Of a stretch of 64,000 bases of DNA, positions 1 to 12,440 are shown one piece after another; position 1 is the stretch's first letter; each line of letters begins with the position of its first letter. The stretch spans positions 16,795,258-16,859,257 of the forward strand of contig NC_092386.1 in NCBI RefSeq assembly GCF_030028105.1, read 5' to 3'. The position numbers and the translations under genes were made by a program. This stretch comes from Mobula birostris (taxonomy: Eukaryota). The notes beneath the pieces were generated by a model, which saw nothing but the letters and a program-made list of their open reading frames with translations, did no database searches and had not been told where the DNA came from.

Positions 1-150
1 AGTCTCAGGGCTGGGTGTGTTTGCACCCGCGACCCGCACCACCCTTTCCCCCGCCAGCCTGGCACTCCTTCTCTGCCACCCGACCCACACCACTCCCACA
101 GCACTCCACCCTCGCCATTCCCAACATCCTTTGTTCCCGCCAGGTTTACA
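1..150 (+). mobile_element. Fragment of the core of the hairpin-ended Tc1-type composite MITE family (same family as 44751-45279 and 54452-55000)
   Basis: gtctcagggctgggtgtg...cactccaccctcgccattcccaacatcctttgttcccgc aligns by eye to about 54768-54905. Confidence 0.7.
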
Positions 151-154
151 TATA

Positions 155-545
155 TAAGAATAGACTAACAGAAAACATTGTGCAAATAAAATGATAAGTA
201 AATGAGAGCATGAGTTGGAAAATCCTTGAATGTGTGCTTCTAGGTAGTGGAGTCAATTCAGGGTTGAGGTGAGTGAAGGTATCCATGATGGTTGTAGGGT
301 AATAGCTGTTCCTAAACCCAGTGGTGTGGACCTAAGACTCCTGTACCTTTTTCCCAATGGTACTTGCGAGAAAAGAGCACTTCCTGGATGATGGGAGTGT
401 TGGATGATAGATACTGCTTTCTTGTGGCAGCACTTCCTTGCAAATGCGATCAGTGATGGGGAGGGCTTTGCCTGTAATGGACTGGTCTGTATCTACTATC
501 CTTTGTAGACTTTTCTGTTCCTGGGCATTGGTGTCCGTACCAGTC
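155..545 (-). repeat. Degenerate short repeat derived from a Rex-Babar/L2-type LINE 3' end (abundant family)
   Basis: Shares blocks such as tccttgaa..., tgaagttatc..., ctgttcctaaacccagtggtgtggacctaag with 15558-16080, 27050-27470, 46315-46570 and 52740-53110. Confidence 0.55.
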
Positions 546-549
546 CAAG

Positions 550-910
550 ATGCCATCAGTCAGCTCCATCATGAGCACAAGTCTCCCCACTAAGACATCT
601 TCAAAAGGTGGTGCCTCGAGAATGCGGCATCCTTACTTTCCAGGACATGCCCCCTTCGCATGCTTCCATCAGGGAGGAGATACAGGAGCTGAACGACATG
701 CACTCGATGACTTAGGAACAGCTTCTTCCCCTCTGCCATCAGATTTCTGAATGGACCATGAACACCTCCTCACCTTTTGCTCTCTTTTTGTACTACTGGT
801 TATTTTATATATATTTCTTATTGTAACTTACAGAAATCTTTTGTGGTGACTGTACTGCTGCCGCAAAACAACAAATTTCACAATAAATCTGACTAAACCT
901 GATTCTGATT
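550..910 (+). repeat. Rex-Babar-type LINE 3' fragment or derived SINE with a taaacctgattctgatt tail
   Basis: Contains aacagcttcttcccctctgccatcagatttctgaatgg (NSFFPSAIRFLN, like the C-terminus of ORF 5829..6524). Related copies at 43045-43380 and 49025-49460. Confidence 0.6.
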
Positions 911-2125
911 TAGTGTTTGAAAAGAATACATCTAATATAATGAAAATGGAATTAAGGGTGTACGTTGTAGTCTGGCATTAGCTGCTCTTTAAATAAGTAA
1001 TATCATGCATCCCATCTTTCATTATTCAGCAGTTTGTGAACTTTCAAAGATACTGTACTCTCCATGTACACAGCGTGAAATAAATGAATTATTTACTCCT
1101 CACACTTGAGCAAGCATTCACAAATCCCTTGTGTGGTGTTGAACTCAGGGCACCGTCTTCATGTCTTCATCACAATGCCATTTCAGTCCCCGAATTTTTC
1201 AATATAAATTAACATAGTCTTAAAAATATATAATATAGCCTTTTCAAGCAATATTCAAATTTAGCAGATATAAATTCACTGCTGGGGTGAATTTAACAAT
1301 GCAAAAAGATGAGGCATTGTGTTGCAAATCGTTTGGTTGCAACTACCTTTGTCCTTACATGAAACTCCGAAGGCTTAGATATAGATTGTTCATCAGACCT
1401 TCGGCTGTTCATTTGTCACACTTAGAAATAGTTGCTGACATGTTTTCTAGCCAAATGAAAATGCATTTTAACAGACAGATCACACAGATAACTAGAAGCC
1501 TAGAATAAAGAAAATCATTCTCAGCGTTCCCTGGTAACCTTTTTTATATTCTATAATATTGGCAGCACAATTTTCTGTTTTAATGAAGCCACTGAATAAA
1601 ACAGGGTGAGCTGTCAGTTTACCTCAGGCATCTTTCATTCACAACTGCTATTTCTATTAGGTTCATTACTTTGTTAAGACGACAAGAGCTGTCTGTGATA
1701 AAGGCTAGAGCATTAACATTATCTCTTGGAGTAACAGCACTCTCCCGCTTTAATACTTAGCATTTAGGAGCTGGCATTGTTTAACTGAGTAGTATTTTGA
1801 AACAACAGTGTTAATCTATTTTAATCAGGCTTTTGTTCTTTTGACACGGGTGCAGGAATGCTTTCTTTCTGGATGAACCCAGGTCGCCGCTGTGTATCAT
1901 AATTAGGTGGTTCTTGGCACCGTTCCAACGTGCAGCACAATCGCAGGGCACTGCATTCAGCTGCGCGGTTCAGTAGCCTCACTTACACATCTACACAACT
2001 TTGTCCGTCCTTAACCATTTTGCAGAAGTAGGCCCTTGTGAAGGCAGAACCCCAGTGGCATCAACTAGTGCTCATTTTCCTAGCTTCAAGGCCTGAAAAT
2101 CTGCACAATATTGTTATTTTAATCA

Positions 2126-2735
2126 GCAGAGAGGGTCCAGAGGAAGTTCACGAGAATGATCCCGGGAATGAAGGGATTAATATATGAGGAGCGTTCGATG
2201 GCTCTCGGCCTGCATTCGCTAGAACTCAGAAGAATGAAGGTGGGGGGGGGAGGAGGGGGAGATCTCATTGAAAGCTATTGAATATTGAGAGGCCTAGATA
2301 GAGCGGATGAAGAGGGAATGTTTCCTCTATTGGGGGGTGTCTAGAACAGAGGGTACAGCCTCAGAATAAAAGGCTGTCCCTATAGAACAGAGATGAGGAG
2401 GAATTTCTTTAGCCAGAGGGTGGTGAATCTGTGGAATTCATTGCTACAAACAGCTGTTGAGGCCTAGTCATTGAGTATATCTAAGGTGATCCACACAAAA
2501 TGCTGGAGGAACTCAGCAGGCCAATCAGCATATGTGGAAAAGAACAGAGTCATTTCAGGCCGAGACACTTCATCGGGCATATTTAAAGCACAGGTTGATA
2601 GGTTCTTGATTAGTAAATGCGTCATAGGTAACGGGGAAAAAGCAGGAGAATGGAACTGAGAGGAATAATAAATCAGCCATGATGGAATGGTGGAGCAGGC
2701 CCAATGGGCCAACTGGCCTAATTCTGCTACTCTGT
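2126..2735 (+). mobile_element. CR1 LINE 3' fragment, interrupted by a PLE 3'-end fragment (about 2490-2576)
   Basis: Remnants of QRKFTRMIPGM...FFSQRVVNLWNSL and the CR1 3' UTR (atggaatggtggagcag...ggcctaattctgct). Confidence 0.8.
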
Positions 2736-3074
2736 TTTATGGTAATGTTATGCCAGAAAGTGTTGTTTATTACTTTAAAGCCTTGTAGCACATTGGAGTA
2801 ATAAATCATGCGTAATTTATAATGATATTGCTACATTTTACTGCCTACACTTTACATTCCAAAGCTGCTGTCGTGAACCAAATGTGTTGCCAATGTTTTG
2901 CCAGCCAATATGTTTTCCAAAGTAAATGTAGTTCTCAATAGAAGAATTTCCTGCATTAATATTTCTATACTGTTATTCCTTCTGTCAATATCTCCTTTTT
3001 GAGGAAGAACTTTATTGAGGTGCGATTTTATAGAAACCAGCTGCCCTCTAGTTCTTCAGCCACTTCAAAAGGAT

Positions 3075-3832
3075 TCAAAGTACGTCTATTAAAGTGTGCA
3101 TGCTATATACAACTCTGAGGTTCGTCTTTCCCGCAGACAGCTGCAAAACAAAGAACCATGGAACCCGTTCAAAGAGAAAAAAATAACCTCTGTCCCTCCT
3201 CCCCCACGCCCAAAAAAAAACAAGTTGGCCAAACTGGCAACAGAAAAGGAGTGACCAGAAACCAGAACACATCATGACCGTCAATTAGAGTCCACAATCC
3301 ACAAGGCATGTCGATTAAACCTTGCTCCAGCACCATCCTCCAACAGCATTGAGAGAGAGAGAGATCACTCAACGCAAGGACCCTCCTTCAGAAGCAGTGA
3401 GCGAGAGGGAGAGAGAAACCATCATACACAGTCACTTTTTCTGGCAGCAGCGAGCAAGGAGTTGGCAGACGGCGCTGAGCACATGCTCACCTTTTGCACT
3501 CGCCCCGATGATTTCAGCCTTCCTCCTCCCTTTAATCAGCAGGATCGGCGAGAGTTGGAGTCGACCGTGGGCTGGCAGCCCATCCCCAGGCTTCCTGGAC
3601 TCTATGCCACGTGCTTTGCTCACAGTCTCGTGGTACCCTGTCCGAGACAGCAAAATGCCAGTTTGCCCAGTCACTGCAAAAACACACCACCAGAATGTCG
3701 AAGACAGGCTGCAACAGTAGCAGAACCACATCTGAAATAAAAAGTCTAAAAGAAGTAAAAGGAGTTGCTCTATGACCTGTCTTGAGGATGTTGCCCTTGG
3801 CAGCGTTGTTTGTTGGCGCCAACTTCTTCTTC
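3075..3832 (-). mobile_element. Probable non-autonomous Rex-Babar-related retroelement
   Basis: Tail ...atagacgtactttga resembles the abundant tactttga tails; 5' end reads agaagttggcgccaac on the minus strand; similar layout at 48075-48785; no credible ORF. Confidence 0.4.
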
Positions 3833-4091
3833 TGCAGTTACTATGTCTGAGTCTGGTCATTCACTGTTCCGAGAACATGACCCTGAGGACAAATGGAAAA
3901 GATGCAGATGTTCCAAAATACTTACACCCATATTTTCTAGATGGTGTCATTGAAAGAAATGTTGCTTCTTATCTTCTCTCTCTTACAACAGGGAAACTAA
4001 GGACATTTGTAATCCTTATCAATCTGAACTGTCAGGTTGATCATTTATGTATCCAACAGATCACTATTCAGTACAGAGAGGATAGCATATT

Positions 4092-4430
4092 AACTTACTT
4101 ACTGCTCATTACACCACTAACGTTCAGGACAATGATGAAGGTCCTTCATCTCCGTCTGTGCTTGGCCACTCAGATGAAGAAGGGTTCTTCATTGCTGTTT
4201 CTGTAACAGTTTTGTTTTACCAGTCAGGGTTGTTAGCCCTGAGCTGAACCCCCAAACTTGGAGGTCCGGTGGACAACTCTTAGTCTGGACTCTACCCTTT
4301 GATCTGTTTGGCATGGGTGACCCTACCAAGAATCAAAGCATAACGCCCTGACTCCTGCCAATGTAATTCTCCGGGTCATTGAAGCATGCAATCCTCCAAA
4401 CCACAACAATGTTGCGGTCCTCTTGGAGGG
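4092..4430 (-). mobile_element. Bipartite RTE-derived non-autonomous element (5'-UTR-like part fused to 3' end)
   Basis: On the minus strand, a ggggttcagctcagggctaacaaccctg RTE-5'-UTR-like motif is joined to an RTE-like 3' end with an (agta)n tail. Confidence 0.5.
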
Positions 4431-4447
4431 ATACCATATTGAGTTCA

Positions 4448-4815
4448 TTCATTTGTTGTGTGCCACGTTGCATGACATGGGTGATCATGGTCTTTCCATG
4501 ACCATGAATGTTCTTGGCAATTTTTTCTATAGAAGTGGTTTACCATTGCCTCCTTCTGGGCAGTGTCTTTACAAGACAGGTGACCCAGCTGTTATCAATA
4601 ATCTTCAGAGATTGTGTGCCTGGCATCAGTGGTCACATAACCAGGACTTGTGATGTGCACCGGCTGCTCGTACAGCCATCCACCAACTGCTCCCGTGGTG
4701 TCATGTGACCCTGATCGGGGGCTAAGCAGGTGCTACACCTTGCCCAAGGGTGACCTGCAGGCTGGCAGAGGGTAGGAGCACCTCACACCTCTTTTGGTAG
4801 AGACACCCCACCACC
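4448..4815 (-). mobile_element. SINE-like element with an RTE-type tail; three copies in the window
   Basis: Collinear with 57560-57915 (same strand) and 43425-43795 (opposite strand): ttcttggcaa(a/t)ttttctac/tagaagtgg...gtgctacaccttgcccaagggtgacctg. Confidence 0.65.
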
Positions 4816-4934
4816 CAAGCATATTTAGATATCCTAAAATTTAGAGAGTAATTTTTTTTACTTTACTGTTAAAAATTAGGATACTTTGCATTGCTATGCA
4901 GAAATATAACAGGACAGAAGGTAAATGCAGAGCA

Positions 4935-5045
4935 GCACGCAAAATGCTAGATGAACTCAGCAGGCCAAGCAGCATCCGCAGAGGAGAATAAACAGTCAAT
5001 GTTTCATGTTGAAACCCTTCATCATCTGCAGAATCTCTTGTGTTT
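4935..5045. mobile_element. Short two-ended PLE remnant
   Basis: Minus-strand arm with a decayed hammerhead motif followed by the plus-strand terminal atctgcagaatctcttgtgttt. Confidence 0.6.
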
Positions 5046-5666
5046 ACAAAGCAAATACAGCTTCTTTTTCACTTTTTAATTGCCTACACCATCTTGAAGT
5101 ACATCGTTTAAGCAAAGAATATCAAGTCAACTCGGTAATTCAGATTCAGGCTGAGTCCAGAGCTTCGACCACATCAAACCTTTGCATTTTATGATCTGCA
5201 TCCTTGTGAAGTTGACAAAATGCCAGGTTAGTCAGAGGAAATCTGGAGTCTGGTTGAGCAGCTGTAAGAGGAAAGCAATGCATTTGCAATAAATTGAAAC
5301 TAATTCCATGTGAGCAGTTAATTTGTTCCTCCCATCACTCGGAACTGGAAGTGTACTGGAAACAGATTCAAAAGTAACGTTCACAAGAAATCTTCATCAG
5401 TACTTGGAAGAAAAAACAACGCATGGTGAAAGGGCAGCGTGTGGAATTATTGGACGTGGTATTGGCATTGGCTTTTTATTGTCGCAGATACCAGAATAGC
5501 AAAAAGCTTGCTTTGCATTGTGTTTATACACATCACATCATTACACCGTGCTGAAATTTGTGACGAGAGGCCTAGGCGAGGATGGTAAGGAACCAATTGC
5601 TGAAGTACCTGAGACTAGAATTGAGACACAATTTCAAGACTGAGACGAGAACAGGGTTCTTGACTA

Positions 5667-6585
5667 CATACTTTATACTTTATTGTCGCCAAACAATTGG
5701 TACTAGAATGTACAATCATCACAGCGATATTTGATTCTGCGCTTCACACTCCCTGGATTACAAATATTAAATATTACAAATATTAAAAATAGTTAAAATT
5801 AGTAAATATTAAAAATTTAAATTATAAATCATAAATAGAAAATAGAAAAATGGGAAGCAAGGTAGTGCAAAAAAACCGAGAGGCAGGTTCGGATATTTGG
5901 AGGGTATGGCCGAGATCCAGGACAGGATCCATTCAGCCGTCTTATCACAGTTGGAAAGAAGCTGTTCCCAAATCTGGCCGTACGAGCCTTCAAGCTCCTG
6001 AGCCTTCTCCTGGAGGGATGAGGGACGAAAAGTGTGTTGGCTGGGTGGGTCGTGTCCTTGATTATCCTGGCAGCACTGCTCCGACAGCGTGCGGTGTAAA
6101 GTGAGTCCAAGGACGGAAGATTGGTTTGTGTAATGTGCTGCGCCGTGTTCACGATCTTCTGCAGCTCCTTTCGGTCTTGGACAGGACAACTTCCATACCA
6201 GGTTGTGATGCACCCTAGAAGAATGCTTTCTACGGTGCATCTATAAAAATTAGTGAGGGTTTTAGGGAACAGGCCAAATTTCTTTAGCTTTCTCAGGAAG
6301 TAAAGGCACTGGTGGGCCTTCTTGGCAGTGAACTCTGCTTGGTTGGACCAAGTCAGGTCATTTGCGATATTGACCCCGAGGAACTTAAAGCTTTTGACCT
6401 GTTCCACTTGCGCACCACTGATGTAAATTGGGTTGTGTGGTCCGCTACTCCTTCTGAAGTCAACAACCAATTCCTTCATCTTGCTGACGTTGAGGGATAG
6501 GTTATTGTCTTTGCACCATGTCACCAGGTTCTTAATTTCCTCTCTGTACTCAAACTCATCATTACCCGAGATACGGCCTACAACT
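5667..6585 (-). mobile_element. 5'-truncated Rex-Babar clade LINE (RT C-terminal part, ORF 5829..6524)
   Basis: WCKDNNLSLNVSKMKELVVDFRR...FKFLGVNI...LYFLRKLKKF...NSFFPTVIRRLN; tail caataaagtataaagtatg. Confidence 0.85.
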
Positions 6586-6702
6586 TTCTCATCATGCTAG
6601 ATGAGAAACTGATGAGACTAGATGAGAATCCAAACAAGACAGAAATCCTAAACTCAATCACAGACTAAACCAAAGCTGAGATGACAATTGAGCAGTGAAC
6701 CT

Positions 6703-7631
6703 TTGTCTTCTTCTTCTGACTTTATACGGTGGTTGGCAATCCAACTTAAAGGTACAATACCTCCAGCAACTGGACTGGAGTGTGGTATAGAGAGCTGGGA
6801 AATAAAGCCCCTATTCGTTCTCAATCAAATGAAAACTAAATTACCCCAAAAAGCCCTGTAAGTTTTAAATAATGAAAGACAATATTGTGAATTAAATTAA
6901 AGTAACTTCCATAACTTATTAATGTGTTTAAATGAAAACTATCAACCCCTAAGGCTAGTAGTGCTGCCTGCATTTGCTTTTTTTCAACCTTATATGCTTC
7001 ACATTGTAAAATAATATGTTCAACTGTTTCATAATGATAACAAAACCTACACACCCCAGAGTGAGGTCTTACAACAATATAAAAGGAATAATTAAGCATA
7101 GTATGCCCAATTCTAAGTGGAGTCAATATATTTCCTTTCCTTCTTGTCTTCCTCCCTTCTCCCATCAATCCAACAGTTTTATGTATTTTGTAAAGGGGTC
7201 TCCCTTTATGCGTATTATCCCAAAGTTTTGCCATAATCCCCTAAATCTAAAACTTAGCCCCACCAAGCCTTTGGCTTCTGATTTGCTAAATAGAAGGTCT
7301 ATATCCACAGATGAACTTTTAACAGCTTTTTTGGCCAAACAATCAACCCGCTCATTCCCCTCAAGACCTCAATGTGCAGAGACCCATTAGAAGCAGATAT
7401 GAAGACCAATATTTAGAAAGTGATATAAAGTTTGAAGAGCTTCCAGCAGTAAATCTGACCGACTGTTAGAATGACCTGTTTGACTAGTCAAAGCTGAAAA
7501 AGACTGTGAACAAATTATAACTTTGCTAAAACAGATTTCCTCCACTCACTGTAAGCCCAAAACGACTTAGTTCTGCAGTACAAACTGATAAATAGCGGGT
7601 AAGATGCTTCTTTATTGTTACCTGCAATTCA
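6703..7631 (-). mobile_element. 5'-truncated I-group (Nimb-like) LINE with RNase H and C-terminal CCHC motif
   Basis: WVSAH*GLEGNERVDCLAKKA (RNase H C-terminus), LRIGHT...CRFCYHYETVEHIILQC zinc knuckle, (GAA)n tail. TSD agcagtgaacct 6691-6702 / agcattgaacct 7632-7643. Confidence 0.8.
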
Positions 7632-8089
7632 AGCATTGAACCTGAGTTCAGTTGCTCTTTAAATATCCAAATCTTGGCACCAAAACATGGCCACCAATTA
7701 GTGGATTGGGCCAGAATCTTTAAAGGGACTGTGCCAGTTATCTATACGCCAGAGAATCGGAGGGTCTAAACCCCATAGGCCAGCGTGGTCGGGCGTGTAC
7801 CATAACAGGGCTAAAATAAGGCAAAATAATAACCATGCAGAATAAGGTGTAATACCGAAAAGGGGCAGTGCAGGTAATCGATAAAATGCAGTGGAATAGA
7901 AGTTTCATTTAAGCCTGGTGGTATGTGCTTTCAGGCTTTTTTTATCTTCTGCCCTGTGGGAGAGGAGAGAAGGGAGAATGTCTGGTGTGGGTGGGGTCTT
8001 TGATTATGCTGGTTTCTTTACCGAGGCAGTAAGAAGTATAGACAGAGTCCACAGAGGGGAGACTCTTCCTGTGATGGGCTGATCTCCAC

Positions 8090-8375
8090 CTAGACCATAG
8101 CCCCCATACCCCTCCCATCCATGTACTGACCCAAACTTCTCTTAAATGTTGTAGTCAAACTCACATCCATCTCTTTCTCGGGCAGCTTGATCCACATTCT
8201 CACCGCCTTCTGAGTGAAAACTATCAATCAACATTTCACCCTAAGCCCATGACGTCTTACCCAATGTCCGTGGAAAAAGCCTGCTTGCATTTACCCTATC
8301 TATCCTCGTCATAATTTTGTATAATCTATCAAATCTCCCTTCATTCTCCTAAACTGCAGGAAATAAAGTCCTAAA
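8090..8375 (-). mobile_element. CR1 3' fragment
   Basis: Aligns to the reverse complement of the CR1 3' region seen at 49944-50737 and to 25390-26100. Confidence 0.7.
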
Positions 8376-8511
8376 GTCCTTTGAAAACTAGAAGAACTCG
8401 TAAGCTTGCTGCCTCAATACAAGAGAGTTTCTTGGTGTATGTCTCATCAAAGAGATGCCACCCCAAATACAGACCATCCCTTCAGTACAGCACTGCCTGG
8501 ATTACATGTAC

Positions 8512-9050
8512 TACTTTCAGTGGCCACTTTATTAGTTACCTCCTGTACCCAATAAAGTGGCCACTGGGTGTGTGTTTGTGGTCTTTTGCTTCTGTAGCCC
8601 ATTCACATCAAGGTTTGACATGTTGTGCGTTCAGGGATGCTCTTCTGTACACCACTGTTGTAATGCATGGTCATTTGAGCTACTGTCACCTTCCTCTCAG
8701 CTTGAACCAGCCTGACTATTATCCTTTGACCTCTATCATTAACAAGGCATTTTTGCCCACATAACTGTACTTCACTGGATGTTTTTTATGCTTTTTGCAA
8801 CATTATCTGTAAACTCTAGAGACTATTGTGCACGAAAATACCAGGGGATGAGCAGTTTCTGAGATACTCAAACCACCCTGTCTGACACCAACAATAGATC
8901 CATTGTAAAAGACAGCTAGGTCACAGTTCCTCCCCATTCTGATGATGTCTGCATGCTTCTATGCATCGTGCTGCTGCCACATGATTGGCCGAATAGATAC
9001 TTGCGTGAAAGAGCAGGCGTGCAGGTGAACCTAATAAAGTGACCCCTGCG
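8512..9050 (-). mobile_element. Internally deleted Tc1-family DNA transposon (family A) with a palindromic left terminus
   Basis: Terminal repeat cagtggccactttattag... versus right end acctaataaagtgacccctg; body collinear with 14330-14835, which encodes a Tc1 N-terminus. Confidence 0.8.
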
Positions 9051-10622
9051 TTTGGTCGCAGGAGGAGAGATTTAACTGACAGATCCCTGACTCTGGGTCA
9101 AGAGTGCTGCTACCAGCCAAATTGGCACTTAAGCAGGATACATGCAGGGCTCCAATATAAATCCAATTAATTCCCTGAGCAAAGATAACCTTTGTAGTTC
9201 ATGAATGACAATATAATTAGGTATTTTTTAGAAATAAGCTTTGGGTATTCCACTATTCCCTAGAAAATTCCCTTCTGACCTTCATACAGTATTTTTTTTC
9301 TTCTTTTCATCCTGTTAATTAGAACATTCCATGGTCACTTCTGTAAGCCTCCAGGGTTTAAATAAAATGATTTTGCTATTAATAATGTTGAATATCATAA
9401 TTATAAAACTTATACTTTAAGACATGAAAAATGCATTCTAAAAAGAAAACAGGTATTTCTGATTTCTTTCACATTTAAGACATAGTACAGGGGATTCAGA
9501 TGGAAGATTATATTTATTTTTCATTTGAAGGTAATGGAGTAAGGACTTGCCACAATTACTGTTGCTGATCAGGGCCAGACCAGCACTGCCAGTCACAGCA
9601 CAGTTCACATGCCTTCGATTTTTATGGTGCACAATCTCTACATAGTATGGCTGCTTGCAGATTGCAGTAAACTGCTGCGTTAAGAAACAGCCTCACTGGT
9701 GTTGGTTCCTTATTGTCACATGTATCAAGATAATGTGAAAAGCTTACTGTCTATACTGATCAGATTATTACACACTGCACAGAGTATTTTAACTTTTAAG
9801 GAAACTACAACTCGTGTTCTCAGTATCATTTATTTATTTATTATTATTTGTTTTATTTTGCATTTGCTCAGTTTGTCTTCTTTTGCTCATTGGTTGTTTG
9901 TCAATCTTTGTTTTATGTATAGATTTTCATTGATCCTATTGTATTTCTTTGTTCTAATGTGAATGCCTGCAAAAAATGAATCTCGGGGTAAAATATGGTG
10001 ACATATACATACATTTATAATACATTTACTTTGAACTTTGATTTTCAGGTTAGAACTAAGTAAAATAGTTACAGAGAAAGTGCAGTGCAGGTAAACAATA
10101 AGGTTCAAGATCATAATGAGGTAGATTATGAGGTCAAGAGTCCATCTTTTCTACCAGATTTAGATAACTGTTAGACAGAAGCTCTCCTTAAGTCTGTCGG
10201 TTTGTGCTTTCAGGTTTTTATACCTTCTGGCCGACAGTAGAGGGGAGAAGAGAATTTCCTGGGTGCTTATGGTTCTCGATTAAGCTGGCTGCTTTACCGA
10301 GCCTGCAAGAAATGCAAACAGAGTCCATAAGGAGGATGATTTACACGTTGTGTTGATCTGTGTTCACAACCCTCTGCAAGTTTCTTGCAGTGATGGTTAC
10401 TTGTCAGAATTCATGGCTCTGTCTTAATTGCGCAGTACTTCTTTAACCCAACCTGTGAGTGGATTATTGAAAGGTCAGACTATGGTGGCTGCCACAGAAG
10501 TAAAGTTCTAAAAGTCACAATAAAGTCCTAAAGTCCTTTGGATACTGAAGAATTCTAGTGCCCGCTGCCCCAAATACTGGGCCATTCCTCAGTACAGCAC
10601 TGCCTGGATCACATGTAACATA

Positions 10623-10905
10623 TTCAGTGGCCAGTTTATTAGTTACCTCCTGTACCCAGTAAAGTGGCCACTGGGTGTGTGTTTGGAGTCTTCTGCTGCT
10701 GTAGCTGAGGCACTTCAAGGTTCAACATACTGTGCATTCAGAGATGCTCTTCTGCACACCACTGCTCTAATGCATGGTTACTTGAGTTACTGTCGCCTTC
10801 CTGTCAACTTGAAATAGTCTGGCTATTCTCCTCTGACCTCTCTCATTAACAAGGCAGTTCCACACACAGAACAGCCCCTCGCTGAATGATTTTATGTTTC
10901 TCACA
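10623..10905 (-). mobile_element. Partial Tc1 family A copy, truncated by a PLE 3' fragment (10910-11005)
   Basis: Same left hairpin and body as 8512-8790; followed by cctgctgaagggccttggcccgaaacatcggctg. Confidence 0.75.
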
Positions 10906-12104
10906 CCCTCCCTGCTGAAGGGCCTTGGCCCGAAACATCGGCTGTACTCTTTTCCATAGATGCTGCCTGGCTTTCTGTGTTCCTCCAGCACTTTGTGTGT
11001 GTTGCCTTCATGAAATTGATGCCCAGTATGACTTAGGAAGGCAATCAACACAATAGCACCTAAGTAAGGACATTACTGAGCTCAGCTTTCAGTCCACGTC
11101 TCTGTTTGCTCTTGTGGATTTACCATGTGGCCCTGAAAAAAGGGTTTAATTTAGGAAAATTTTTAAATGACAGGTTCCATTCAACCACATGAACAGTAAT
11201 TGGCTATTTCTATATATACACTTCATATATTTATTAATTCACACATTCAGTTTCTAAAATAAAGTAGAAAAAAAAATGGCTCATTCAGAAAAATCCTGGT
11301 AGATTATGCCCCTCTCAGGCAGTTCATAATGCAATATATACCTACTGTACACAATAAATTATGTCATTGAAGAATGCAAGTCCAGTTGCACTCACTCTGC
11401 TTTAGCATGGCGAACAATACCAGTCCACGCCTCTCTAACCCTTTTAATTCCATCTTTCCATTACATGCTTCATTTAGTTCATTTATCATGCTAATATCTT
11501 GACAAACGTAAAGGCTTTACTCTTATTAGTATTTCTAGCTGTTTGTTAGGCTTTCATTTTATAGACTTTACCACAAACAATGTAAGACAGCAGCAATAAT
11601 TGTTTTTTTTATGAGAATCTGATCCTTAGGGATTTTGACGTATGTTTAAGCAACGTTATCATTATAAACAGAGCTCTCAGTGATCCTTTATTTAATTACA
11701 TTACATCCTGAAAATTGATTCTAATATATACAGTACTAGATTATTTTAGTATTGGTTTCATATGTGAATATTCGTGCATCTATAAATGGTGTTTTTGTTT
11801 TTAAAATTTTGAATCCTGTAACTAATTACTGCCTGAGCATATGTTATCAAATATTTTCAAACAAGGTATTGGTTTCCTGCAATTATTTTGAAGAGTGTCA
11901 TCAAAATCTACAAATGTGTTTGCCAATTTTTTTCTGCTTTCACCATTTTGGAGCTTTGTTTCCCACTGAATGGCAGCCAACGTGTATTATCAGAGGAAGC
12001 CCTGGATTGACTCCAGGTCTTTTGAATGTCTCTGTACTCTGTTCACTTTAGATTGATTTCGGAACCAAGCACCTTGGATGAGGGTCCTCTCCGAGCATCG
12101 GCAC

Positions 12105-12440
12105 CCTGTCGTGTTGGAGAAACTTGTGAGTTCCTGAGATCCCAAGAGTTTAGTCATCTGGCGCGTATCTCCTGGTAAGGTCACTCATGGAGGTAAGGTC
12201 AAGGGGGAGATCAATCCAGCCAAGACCTCATTGGTGGAGCTGGCAGAAGATGATGACACAACAGTAAGGCAGTGAAGAGAGAGGAAGATTGCAGCTGTGA
12301 AGGGTCCCCAATGCATCTTGCACTGCATGCCACTGTACTCTGACCCTGACCTGTCAAGAGTCATGTGGCGGCTGCCCATGCATCAGCCTCCCCACGTTAA
12401 ACAAAGTCACGCACAGGCATTCTCCATGAAGGGAATCCAC
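12105..12440 (+). mobile_element. RTE-derived non-autonomous element; second copy at 19150-19420
   Basis: gtcgtg..ggagaa.c.tgtg.gtt.ctgagatcccaagag...ctcctggta.ggtca..catgg.ggtaaggtcaag is shared by both copies and resembles RTE 5' UTRs. Confidence 0.55.

Larger units (their letters stand above)
5559..7806. mobile_element. Candidate solo LTR split by two LINE insertions
   Basis: Starts TGTGAC and ends ATAACA; interrupts a short LINE-tail repeat (5455-5558 resuming at 7807-8080); pieces at 5559-5666, 6590-6702 and 7632-7806; no clear TSD. Confidence 0.4.

Noticed and set aside
3322-4206. Cluster of overlapping 90-145-aa ORFs
   Set aside because: No recognisable domain; they lie in or across a degenerate retroelement and look like chance frames.
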